Assembly: GCF_000025945.1 (NCBI RefSeq) | Contig: NC_006138.1 | Coordinates: forward strand, 3,180,001-3,212,000 | DNA from: Desulfotalea psychrophila LSv54 | GTDB lineage: Bacteria > Desulfobacterota > Desulfobulbia > Desulfobulbales > Desulfocapsaceae | DNA: 32,000 nt | Reading direction: 5' to 3' | Notes under the pieces: model-generated | Told to the model about the DNA's origin: nothing | The model's database searches: none | What the model saw: only the letters and a program-made list of their open reading frames with translations | Part shown: one piece after another, positions 9,333 to 15,546 of the stretch | How the letters are laid out: each line of letters starts with the position of its first letter | Position numbering within the stretch: the first letter of the stretch is position 1 | Made by a program: the position numbers and the translations under genes

Positions 9333-9356
9333 CAACAAAACCGCCATATATGGACA
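9309..9356 (-). promoter_or_regulatory. candidate tandem NrdR boxes
   Basis: Plus-strand ACACCATAcgcagggg (9309-9324) and ccgCCATATATGGaca (9341-9356). Their centres are 32 bp apart, which is the spacing I recall for tandem NrdR boxes (consensus acaCwAtATaTwGtgt). A third ACACCATATAA half-site lies at 9263-9273. Matches are only about 9-10 of 16 positions. Confidence 0.3.
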
Positions 9357-9563
9357 GTCAGACCATTAACCCCCTATTCCCCTCGGCTTCAGAACTTATT
9401 TATTTTTGCAACTGTTTTCAAAGAATAAACAACCAGCGCCGCCCTCTTTCTTTTATCAGCAACTGAAAAAGAGGAGAGCCGCCAAACCATTTTCCAAGCA
9501 AAAAATAAAGCAACAATCACTCTTGTCCCACCACTTATCCTTGGCAGAATTGCAGCCTTTGCC

Positions 9564-9580
9564 GGCAAAGCTATTGCCAA
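9564..9580 (-). promoter_or_regulatory. sigma-54-like -24/-12 element (minus strand) embedded in a palindrome
   Basis: The minus strand from 9580 to 9564 reads TTGGCAATagctTTGCC. GG is at 9578-9577 and GC at 9566-9565, the correct 12-nt register. It overlaps the perfect 14-bp palindrome CTTTGCCGGCAAAG (9557-9570). Confidence 0.3.
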
Positions 9581-9601
9581 AGAGATAAAAAGAAATAGAA
9601 T

Positions 9602-9615
9602 TTGATCTAGGTCAA
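9602..9615 (+). promoter_or_regulatory. FNR/CRP-family box TTGAT-N4-GTCAA with class II geometry
   Basis: TTGATctagGTCAA has one mismatch to the FNR consensus TTGAT-N4-ATCAA. The box is centred at 9608.5. TACATT at 9638-9643 lies where a -10 hexamer would sit for a site centred at -41.5. The GGAGGG RBS and ATG at 9703 follow. Confidence 0.4.
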
Positions 9616-9702
9616 AGTGTAAAATGCTTCCTCGGGTTACATTGACACCATTGAAGCAGTCCTGGTCAAAACGAGAAATAAAAATAGCTGCCGGAGGGCA
9701 AG

Positions 9703-10455
9703 ATGAAAATAACACGAAAGATAATTAAAATAGACGAAGAACTCTGTAACGGATGCGGTCAATGTGTACCTGACTGTGCAGAAGGATCACTACAAATTAT
9801 CGATGGCAAGGCAAAGCTTGTGGCAGACAAACTCTGTGATGGCCTTGGCGCCTGCCTTGGTTCTTGCCCCACGGGAGCACTACAGATCATTGAACGGACA
9901 GCCGACGAGTTTGATGAAGAGGCCGTTGAGGTATTTCTCCATCAACAAAAACAGGTAAACAAGGGGGGCGGTTGTCCTTCAGCTCAGCTAGAGACATTTA
10001 CTCCCTCGTCCATAACAAAAATGGCCGACATGGCAGCGGCACCAAAGCCCTTTGCTGAAATGGAAGCCAACAGCGAGTCTGCCCTGAGCCACTGGCCGAT
10101 CCAAATTCGTCTGGTACCACCAACGGCACCGTTTCTGCGAGGCGCAGACCTGCTCATCGCAGCCGATTGTAGCGCCATTGCCGCAGTTAACTTCCAAAGA
10201 GATTACCTACAGGGAAAAAAGGTCCTTATGGGCTGTCCTAAATTTGACGATGCAGAGCTCTATATAGAAAAATTTCGCGATATCATAGAACAATCAGGGA
10301 TCAAAAGCATCACCGTACTGATCATGGAAGTCCCCTGTTGCTCTGCAATGAACAGCATCCTCAAGCAGGCAGTGGAGCAGGCAACGAAAACTGTCCCCAT
10401 TGAGCAGATCACCATTTCCCGGCAGGGTATAGAACTCGAACGTAAAAAGTGGTAA
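9703..10455 (+). CDS. ferredoxin-like 2x[4Fe-4S] protein with a Cys-containing C-terminal domain
   Basis: 250 aa. The N-terminus carries two ferredoxin motifs (CNGCGQCVPDC and CDGLGACLGSCP). The C-terminal ~130 aa (ADCSAIA...MGCPKFDD...MEVPCCS) has additional conserved-looking cysteines. Strong RBS. Confidence 0.85.
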   Translation: MKITRKIIKIDEELCNGCGQCVPDCAEGSLQIIDGKAKLVADKLCDGLGACLGSCPTGALQIIERTADEFDEEAVEVFLHQQKQVNKGGGCPSAQLETFTPSSITKMADMAAAPKPFAEMEANSESALSHWPIQIRLVPPTAPFLRGADLLIAADCSAIAAVNFQRDYLQGKKVLMGCPKFDDAELYIEKFRDIIEQSGIKSITVLIMEVPCCSAMNSILKQAVEQATKTVPIEQITISRQGIELERKKW

Positions 10456-10477
10456 CAAACAGAGAGATGGCAACTTT

Positions 10478-10517
10478 TAGGGAATCAGGTCTGTACGCCT
10501 GTTTCCCTATTTTTTTT
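10478..10517 (+). terminator. rho-independent terminator of the ferredoxin-like gene
   Basis: TAGGGAAtCAGG (10478-10489) pairs with CCTGtTTCCCTA (10498-10509): 11 bp with one T/T mismatch and an 8-nt loop. T8 follows at 10510-10517. The T-run overlaps the stop codon of the convergent YkgJ gene. Confidence 0.8.
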
Positions 10518-11175
10518 AGTCCCAGAGGAGAGTAATTTCCATGGCCTTTTCCACGACTCTTGCCCCAAAGGGCTGAAGCAGTTGAAAAAGAGGGCGACCA
10601 AAATAAAAGAGTTCATCGGCCAACTTGAGTTGATGAAGCTTGACCTGGCGCGTTCGAAACTGCAAATCAGCACCCACCATTTCCTCCAACTCTTTCTTGA
10701 GGATGGCTGAGATATTTTGCCTATTTTCTGCGATATAGGCAAAGTCCGGTGAGGGGCAGAGCTGTTCATATTCCCTCATTACATCCCTGAGAGGGGAGTC
10801 AACAATATCAAAACGGGTAAGGGTATCCTTCTCCACCATGCCCAGGATTTTTTCAGTATCCCAACACTTCAGCGCTTCACAGGCCACAGGCCGAAATCCA
10901 TAGATGCCACAGCCATTCGCCTGCTCATCATAAAAATAACAGCTCCAACTCCTTCCCTTTCCCCTAATCTTAACAATTTCAGTACTTGCAGGCTGTAATT
11001 CCCCTGTTTCAGGATGAAGAACAAGCTCTCCCCTGCGCAGGGTAATAAGCTTATCTATGCCAATTTTACCACTTTCAAGCAAAGGCAAATCTGCCGTATG
11101 CAGAGCCGGACCTCCTTCCTTACAACAACTGCCACACCTCTTACAACTCTGCTGCAGACCCATACTTCTCTCCAA
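10516..11175 (-). CDS. YkgJ/UPF0153 family Cys-cluster (putative Fe-S/Zn) protein
   Basis: 219 aa. N-terminal CKRCGSCCKEGGP and a later CGIYGFRPVACEALKC fit the CxxCxxCC...C-cluster pattern of the YkgJ family. The start lies 11 nt downstream of the CBS gene stop, so the two are probably co-transcribed. Confidence 0.78.
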   Translation of the reverse strand: MERSMGLQQSCKRCGSCCKEGGPALHTADLPLLESGKIGIDKLITLRRGELVLHPETGELQPASTEIVKIRGKGRSWSCYFYDEQANGCGIYGFRPVACEALKCWDTEKILGMVEKDTLTRFDIVDSPLRDVMREYEQLCPSPDFAYIAENRQNISAILKKELEEMVGADLQFRTRQVKLHQLKLADELFYFGRPLFQLLQPFGARVVEKAMEITLLWD

Positions 11176-11186
11176 TAATGATTGCT

Positions 11187-11837
11187 CTACATAAACCTTG
11201 GCCTTAAAACAGTTAAACCATCCTGTTCGAGCAATTTATAGACTATTGCAAGCCGATATGTATTAATTCGCACATAAATCTTTGCCTCTGTATCCGACGC
11301 GGGCATACGAATAAGACGGGTAAAGGCAATACCATTCTTTTCCAATATATTTACAATGGTCCCCATGATACCAATTTCACCGCTATCGGCAATACCAATC
11401 AACGCAGAACCCTTATCTGCAACACCAAAGAGATTTTTATAAGCGGCAATAAGATCACGAATGGAAAACATACCTACCACTAAATCCTGATCATTGACAA
11501 CAGGCACCCCACCAACCTTCTCTCTATCAAAGAGAAAAAGGGCATCATCCAAGGTGGCTTGGGGATGAATAGTGGCACAGTTCACCGTCATAATTTCAGA
11601 GACAGGAGTCTTTTCCACCCCAAGAAACTTCCCTGAGCTTTCCTCTCCACTCTCAAGAGATGAGGGGTAGGCCGAACGCAAATCACGATCGGTAATAATG
11701 CCCAACAGCCTTTGCCCATCATCAACAACGGGTAGATGCCTGAATTTAAAGGCATCCAAAATACCTCGTGCCTCCGGCAACAGGGTATGGGGATAAATGG
11801 TCAGTGGTTCAGGGGTCATATATTCAGATATGTACAT
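11187..11837 (-). CDS. CBS-pair plus ACT-like domain protein (AcuB-like)
   Basis: 216 aa. It has two CBS repeats (HLPVVDDGQRLLGIITDRDL and GGVPVVNDQDLVVGMFSIRDL) followed by a C-terminal ~70-aa ACT-like segment (IADSGEIGIMGTIVNILEKNGIAFTRLIRM...). Confidence 0.85.
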   Translation of the reverse strand: MYISEYMTPEPLTIYPHTLLPEARGILDAFKFRHLPVVDDGQRLLGIITDRDLRSAYPSSLESGEESSGKFLGVEKTPVSEIMTVNCATIHPQATLDDALFLFDREKVGGVPVVNDQDLVVGMFSIRDLIAAYKNLFGVADKGSALIGIADSGEIGIMGTIVNILEKNGIAFTRLIRMPASDTEAKIYVRINTYRLAIVYKLLEQDGLTVLRPRFM

Positions 11838-11867
11838 AGGCAGACCTCTTTTCTAAGAAATAACACT

Positions 11868-12842
11868 CTATATATCTAGCTCACAGGCAAGAAGACCTGC
11901 AACATACTGTTCAACAGATTCTCCTAAAACCGACAACTCATAACCGCCTTCCAGAATAGAGACAACCCTACCACCTGCAAAGCGTTTCCCCCAACTACTC
12001 ACCTGTTTTCCTATTTGATAAAAAAGAGCAGTAGAATAACCAAGCCCCGACATATCATCGGCCCTATGACCATCAAAACCTGCCGCAACCAACAGGCAAT
12101 CGGGCCGCCACTCCTCTAAAAATGGTTCCACTCTTTCCCTCATGACAGCCAAAAACTGGTCATCTCCAGCACCGGGTGACAGGGGCAGATTCAGAATTGT
12201 CCCCTTGCCCAAACCAGTACCGATCTCTTCAGCAAAGCCCGTGCCCGGATAGCTAAAACTGGGATGTTCATGAATACTAATATAGAGACTCTTCGGATCA
12301 CGCTCTAATCCGGCCTGAATGCCATTGCCATGGTGAGCATCAAAGTCAATAACAGCAACCCGCCTGCGACCATATTTTTCCTGCCAATATCGAGCGGCAA
12401 TCAGGACATTATTATAAAAACAAAAGCCAAATGGTTTTCCCTTTTCCGCGTGGTGCCCCGGCGGGCGAATAACACAAAATATTTGCCTTGCGTCCCCGGC
12501 CTCAAGCAGGTCAATTCCCTTCAGGCCTGCGCCTGCAGCAAGGGCGGCAACCTGATACGTATGATAACCAATTTGATTATCAAGATGGTCAATATGAGAC
12601 TTGCCAAAGAGAACAGCCTCTTCAAAACGAAAAAGCCAATCTTCTTCGTGGGCCAAGAGGAGACTCGCGCGACGGGCAAGCCTTGAGGCAACAAATTTAA
12701 GATGAGGGAGCAGGGGACTCTCCTCAAGACATTTCAAAATAACCTCAAGACGAGCGGGAACTTCAGGATGTCCCCCTCCCCCAGTATCATGTTTTAGACA
12801 GTCAAAATCTGTTATAACAGTAAGTAACGGCAGAGAAATCAT
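11868..12842 (-). CDS. histone deacetylase-family Zn deacetylase (AcuC/acetoin-utilisation-like)
   Basis: 324 aa with the class I/II HDAC hallmarks: RPPGHHA, DFDAHHGNGIQ and a C-terminal ILEGGY. Confidence 0.9.
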   Translation of the reverse strand: MISLPLLTVITDFDCLKHDTGGGGHPEVPARLEVILKCLEESPLLPHLKFVASRLARRASLLLAHEEDWLFRFEEAVLFGKSHIDHLDNQIGYHTYQVAALAAGAGLKGIDLLEAGDARQIFCVIRPPGHHAEKGKPFGFCFYNNVLIAARYWQEKYGRRRVAVIDFDAHHGNGIQAGLERDPKSLYISIHEHPSFSYPGTGFAEEIGTGLGKGTILNLPLSPGAGDDQFLAVMRERVEPFLEEWRPDCLLVAAGFDGHRADDMSGLGYSTALFYQIGKQVSSWGKRFAGGRVVSILEGGYELSVLGESVEQYVAGLLACELDI

Positions 12843-12921
12843 GTTATATTTTCATATGTACCAAATAAACAACGGTTGTAGAAAGGACTCTTTTCAGTAT
12901 ATTCTCATTGTGACGAACAAG

Positions 12922-12949
12922 GTTCTATGGCATAAAGTGCCAAGAGAAC
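12922..12949. promoter_or_regulatory. imperfect 28-bp palindrome in a divergent promoter region
   Basis: GTTCT-a-TGGCA-taaag-TGCCA-ag-AGAAC. The inner arms are 12928-12932 and 12938-12942; the outer arms are 12922-12926 and 12945-12949. It lies between the HDAC operon start (12842) and the thioredoxin-fold gene (12994). Confidence 0.35.
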
Positions 12950-12993
12950 GACTCTAAACTATATGAATATATATTTTTTTTAACAAGATAATT

Positions 12994-13251
12994 ATGAAAA
13001 TAACCTTTTATGGCAGCAGGTTCTGCCCTCGGTGTAGACAGGCAAAAAAGCACCTAGTGCAACTGCAGAGAGAATTTCCACAGCTAGAGATTGAATATAT
13101 TGAAGTCACCACAGCTCCCATTAAAACAGTAAGGGCTGGTGTCTTTATGATTCCAAGTATTCAGGGCAGAAGCGGTACGCTCTCCGGCATTTTCTTACCG
13201 GAAGAAAAAATTCATGCCTTTCTCAAAGAAGAATACCGATACAACCAATAA
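12994..13251 (+). CDS. small thioredoxin/glutaredoxin-fold protein with CPRC redox motif
   Basis: 85 aa. It begins MKITFYGSRFCPRC, which is beta1 followed by CxxC at the start of helix 1, as in glutaredoxin-like proteins. A cis-Pro-like MIPS lies further on. Confidence 0.7.
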   Translation: MKITFYGSRFCPRCRQAKKHLVQLQREFPQLEIEYIEVTTAPIKTVRAGVFMIPSIQGRSGTLSGIFLPEEKIHAFLKEEYRYNQ

Positions 13252-13262
13252 AAAGAAAAATA

Positions 13263-14102
13263 ATGAGAAATTTTTTAATAAGCTCAGTAACCCGTATCGA
13301 CTTAGTAGTATGGCTTTTGGTAATAAGCTTTTTTCTGGGGTCAGCAGTACTCTTTAACGGCGATTTACCCATGTCATTCCTTGGCGCCGCCGGTATTATT
13401 TTTGAAATGCTCCTTATCGGCATGGCGGTGGAAATAATTATTGAATGTTTAAAAAACACCAAGGGAATAGGTACGCTCACCGGATTTATCACCAACGGCC
13501 CGGAGGCAATCACCCTTATTGTAGGGCTGGTGGCAGGCGACATTATCTTTGCAGCCTCTACCCCGCTTGGTTCAAATTTTATGAATCCGATATTGCTCCT
13601 TATTGCCACCCTGACCTGTGGTTATTTTTTTACAATCAGCAAAATTCACCCCATATACACAATTTTTTCAATCGGTACAACAGCACTTTTAGCCGGGACA
13701 TTTTTTTTATTACCTACCCAGTATTATCTTTTCTGGGGCCTTACCGTCCTCATCGTCACCGTCCCCCTATTTATCTTTCGGCCAAAGGAAGAGGGGGAGG
13801 AAGAGACAGGCTATAGCTTCAGCCCCAGGCTGTGGATTCTTCCAGCAATTCTTATTCTCTGCATGGCAGGATACTTCCTTGACCCCATAGTGAGTTTTAC
13901 CGCTGAACACTCCAAGGCTCCTAAAAACATTATTGGTTTTATCGTCCTGGCAACCCTGACAAGCTGGCCTGAATTCAAATCATGCCTTGCCCTACTCAAG
14001 CGCAACAATCCTCTGGCCGCAATCCTCAATATTGTCGTATCCAATATCACCAATATCTGGCTGGCAGTCATCGGCGTCGGAGTATACCTTTTTAACCAGT
14101 GA
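13263..14102 (+). CDS. short CaCA (Na+/Ca2+ exchanger, YrbG-like) family membrane protein
   Basis: 279 aa and highly hydrophobic, with about 8-9 helices. Two alpha-repeat-like motifs are present: GFITNGPEAITLIVG and ATLTSWPEFKSCLA (canonical G-[ST]-S-x-PE). The gene starts 11 nt after the upstream stop. Confidence 0.65.
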   Translation: MRNFLISSVTRIDLVVWLLVISFFLGSAVLFNGDLPMSFLGAAGIIFEMLLIGMAVEIIIECLKNTKGIGTLTGFITNGPEAITLIVGLVAGDIIFAASTPLGSNFMNPILLLIATLTCGYFFTISKIHPIYTIFSIGTTALLAGTFFLLPTQYYLFWGLTVLIVTVPLFIFRPKEEGEEETGYSFSPRLWILPAILILCMAGYFLDPIVSFTAEHSKAPKNIIGFIVLATLTSWPEFKSCLALLKRNNPLAAILNIVVSNITNIWLAVIGVGVYLFNQ

Positions 14103-14136
14103 TGACAGGGTAGAGCCTGGCTAAGCCCAAAGCCTC

Positions 14137-15009
14137 TTAATCAACGGGCAGGTCCCGGGCCCAATCCGCAGCCTGATCGATGAGATACCTTAGGGCAGAA
14201 TTGGCATTAAGAGACGAATGCCAAATTAAATAAATATCCCGTGGAGGCAGGACTGGCCCCGTTAATTCCTTTATCCGACCCGATCGAAAATATGCCTGGG
14301 CAAGTATCCTCGGCACACAGGCTATCCCCATGCCATAAGCCACCTGCTCAAGCAGGACAAGGCTTTGCGGAATTTCAACCACATGCCCTATATCAATACA
14401 GGGGGCAACAACGGCATGCCAGTATTGGGCCATCCCCGAGCCCGGCTCCCTGATAAACCAGGTACGATCCGTCACCTCTTCTATGGAATTTGCCTCCTCT
14501 CTGCTGGAGGCAATATAGCACATACCGTCTTTTATCAGGCTCTGAGAACAGACATCAGCGGAGGGACGACCTTCGACAATTGCCAGATCAATGGCAAAGT
14601 CACTAATTTCATGACAATTTTTCGCAGTGTTTCCGGCAAAAAAATGAACATCCATTTGCGGCTGTTTTTGTGACCAGTAGTGCATAAGAGAAGGAGCATA
14701 GAGACTACAGGCCCCTACAGTTCCGCCAAAACGCAGTTGCATCAGGGTTTCCGCCTTAGCAAATGTCTGATAGAGGGCATTTGCCTGGTTAAGAAGCTTT
14801 TGTGACTGTTCAAAAAAAGCATCTCCATCACCCGTTCGCAATAAGTGCTTTTTTTCACGCACAAAAAGCGCATGACCAAGCTGTATTTCTAACTCCTTAA
14901 TTGCCTGACTCACTGCTGCCTTTGACAATGGGATAAGCTCTGCAGCATGGCTGATACTTTGATACCTGGCCACGGCACAAAAAATTTCAAGCTGACGAAT
15001 CGTAAACAT
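14137..15009 (-). CDS. LysR-family transcriptional regulator
   Basis: I trim the 319-aa ORF to the ATG at 15009-15007 (MFTIRQLEIFCAVARYQSISHAAELIPLSKAAVSQAIKELE), the canonical LysR N-terminal wHTH. The 29 upstream codons are AT-rich and low in complexity (KNEIIIIIKY). A periplasmic-binding-fold effector domain follows. Confidence 0.88.
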   Translation of the reverse strand: MFTIRQLEIFCAVARYQSISHAAELIPLSKAAVSQAIKELEIQLGHALFVREKKHLLRTGDGDAFFEQSQKLLNQANALYQTFAKAETLMQLRFGGTVGACSLYAPSLMHYWSQKQPQMDVHFFAGNTAKNCHEISDFAIDLAIVEGRPSADVCSQSLIKDGMCYIASSREEANSIEEVTDRTWFIREPGSGMAQYWHAVVAPCIDIGHVVEIPQSLVLLEQVAYGMGIACVPRILAQAYFRSGRIKELTGPVLPPRDIYLIWHSSLNANSALRYLIDQAADWARDLPVD

Positions 15010-15025
15010 AGCTTCCCTATATTTT

Positions 15026-15039
15026 ATAATTATGATTAT
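15026..15039. promoter_or_regulatory. ATAAT-N4-ATTAT inverted repeat next to the LysR start
   Basis: ATAATtatgATTAT lies 17-30 bp upstream of the LysR ATG. It is AT-rich and could be an autoregulatory LysR-type site or a chance match. Confidence 0.2.
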
Positions 15040-15379
15040 CTCATTTTTCTTACCGTAATAGTGCCAATTTTCCTTTTTTTTACAAGCAAAATTCATAAAA
15101 CAGATATCAATTTACATATTTTTTTTCAAACATGTTAAATCAATCTTTTCTCTGCGAGCAATAAAAAACAGTTTATAATTAACCTCCCACAAAAAACATT
15201 GAAGCATTTAACGCCAATGGATACTCTAAAAGAGTCTCATCAACCCAAAGCAAATTTATAAAAGAATCAGCAAGCGAAAAGGAGTCAATATCTGGTGCGC
15301 TTAGCTCAATATGAAAAGAGAGGTTGTATATATTTTCCCCAGCTAATTTTAGCCAATGGGTAAAAAACACCCAAATTCT

Positions 15380-15419
15380 TTGCGGAATTCATTATTTTTC
15401 ACCTTGTAAATATCCGCAA
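15380..15419. promoter_or_regulatory. 7-bp inverted repeat TTGCGGA-N26-TCCGCAA upstream of the sigma-54 element
   Basis: TTGCGGA (15380-15386) and TCCGCAA (15413-15419) are exact reverse complements, located 30-70 bp upstream of the -24 GG. This is a candidate activator (UAS) site. Confidence 0.3.
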
Positions 15420-15446
15420 GTCAAACGCTTATTCTGTTGTTTTACA

Positions 15447-15463
15447 TTGGCATGTTTGTTGCT
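15447..15463 (+). promoter_or_regulatory. sigma-54 (-24/-12) promoter of the RND efflux operon
   Basis: TTGGCATGtttgTTGCT, with GG at 15449-15450 and GC at 15461-15462. It differs from YTGGCACG-N4-TTGCW at a single position (C to T). The -12 element is 84 nt upstream of the OMF ATG. Confidence 0.55.
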
Positions 15464-15546
15464 GTTTAATTATGTTAACAACCTTAAAAAAACTGTCTCT
15501 ATTTTAAGACAAAAGACATCTAACCAACAGATCAACAAAATATTCT

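Noticed and set aside
9180-9347. N-terminal 56 codons of the 785-aa nrdJ ORF
   Set aside because: The sequence (MAVLLLSAPCVWCIPTLDIF...YFYLIQYKNDIYKEVI) looks non-protein-like. It would also swallow the candidate promoter and NrdR boxes. The ATG at 9179 has a good RBS, and the conserved RNR N-terminus begins there.
9300-9480. Possible cobalamin riboswitch in the nrdJ leader
   Set aside because: I read the minus strand looking for the B12-box (GCCACUG-type) and the conserved GGUGC/AAUCC core elements and found none. Only a vague GAAGCCGAGGGGAAUAGGGGG stretch is present. B12 riboswitches usually control B12-independent RNRs, not nrdJ.
9541-9556. Plus-strand TTGGCAgaatTGCA as a sigma-54 promoter
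   Set aside because: The GC follows the GG by 9 nt instead of 12. Sigma-54 does not tolerate that spacing.
9389-9715. 108-aa minus-strand ORF (and the 60-78-aa plus-strand ORFs) inside the nrdJ/ferredoxin intergenic region
   Set aside because: These have no RBS and low-complexity composition. The 108-aa ORF overlaps the start of the plus-strand ferredoxin-like gene and the palindromic and regulatory elements. I treat the whole 9180-9702 region as non-coding.
15041-15066. Minus-strand TGGCACtattacGGTA upstream of the LysR gene
   Set aside because: The -24 half is perfect, but the -12 position reads GT rather than GC, so it is not a credible sigma-54 promoter.
15010-15096. 29 extra N-terminal codons of the LysR ORF
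   Set aside because: They are AT-rich and low in complexity (KKKENWHYYGKKNEIIIIIKYREA). The canonical LysR HTH begins right at the internal Met at 15009.
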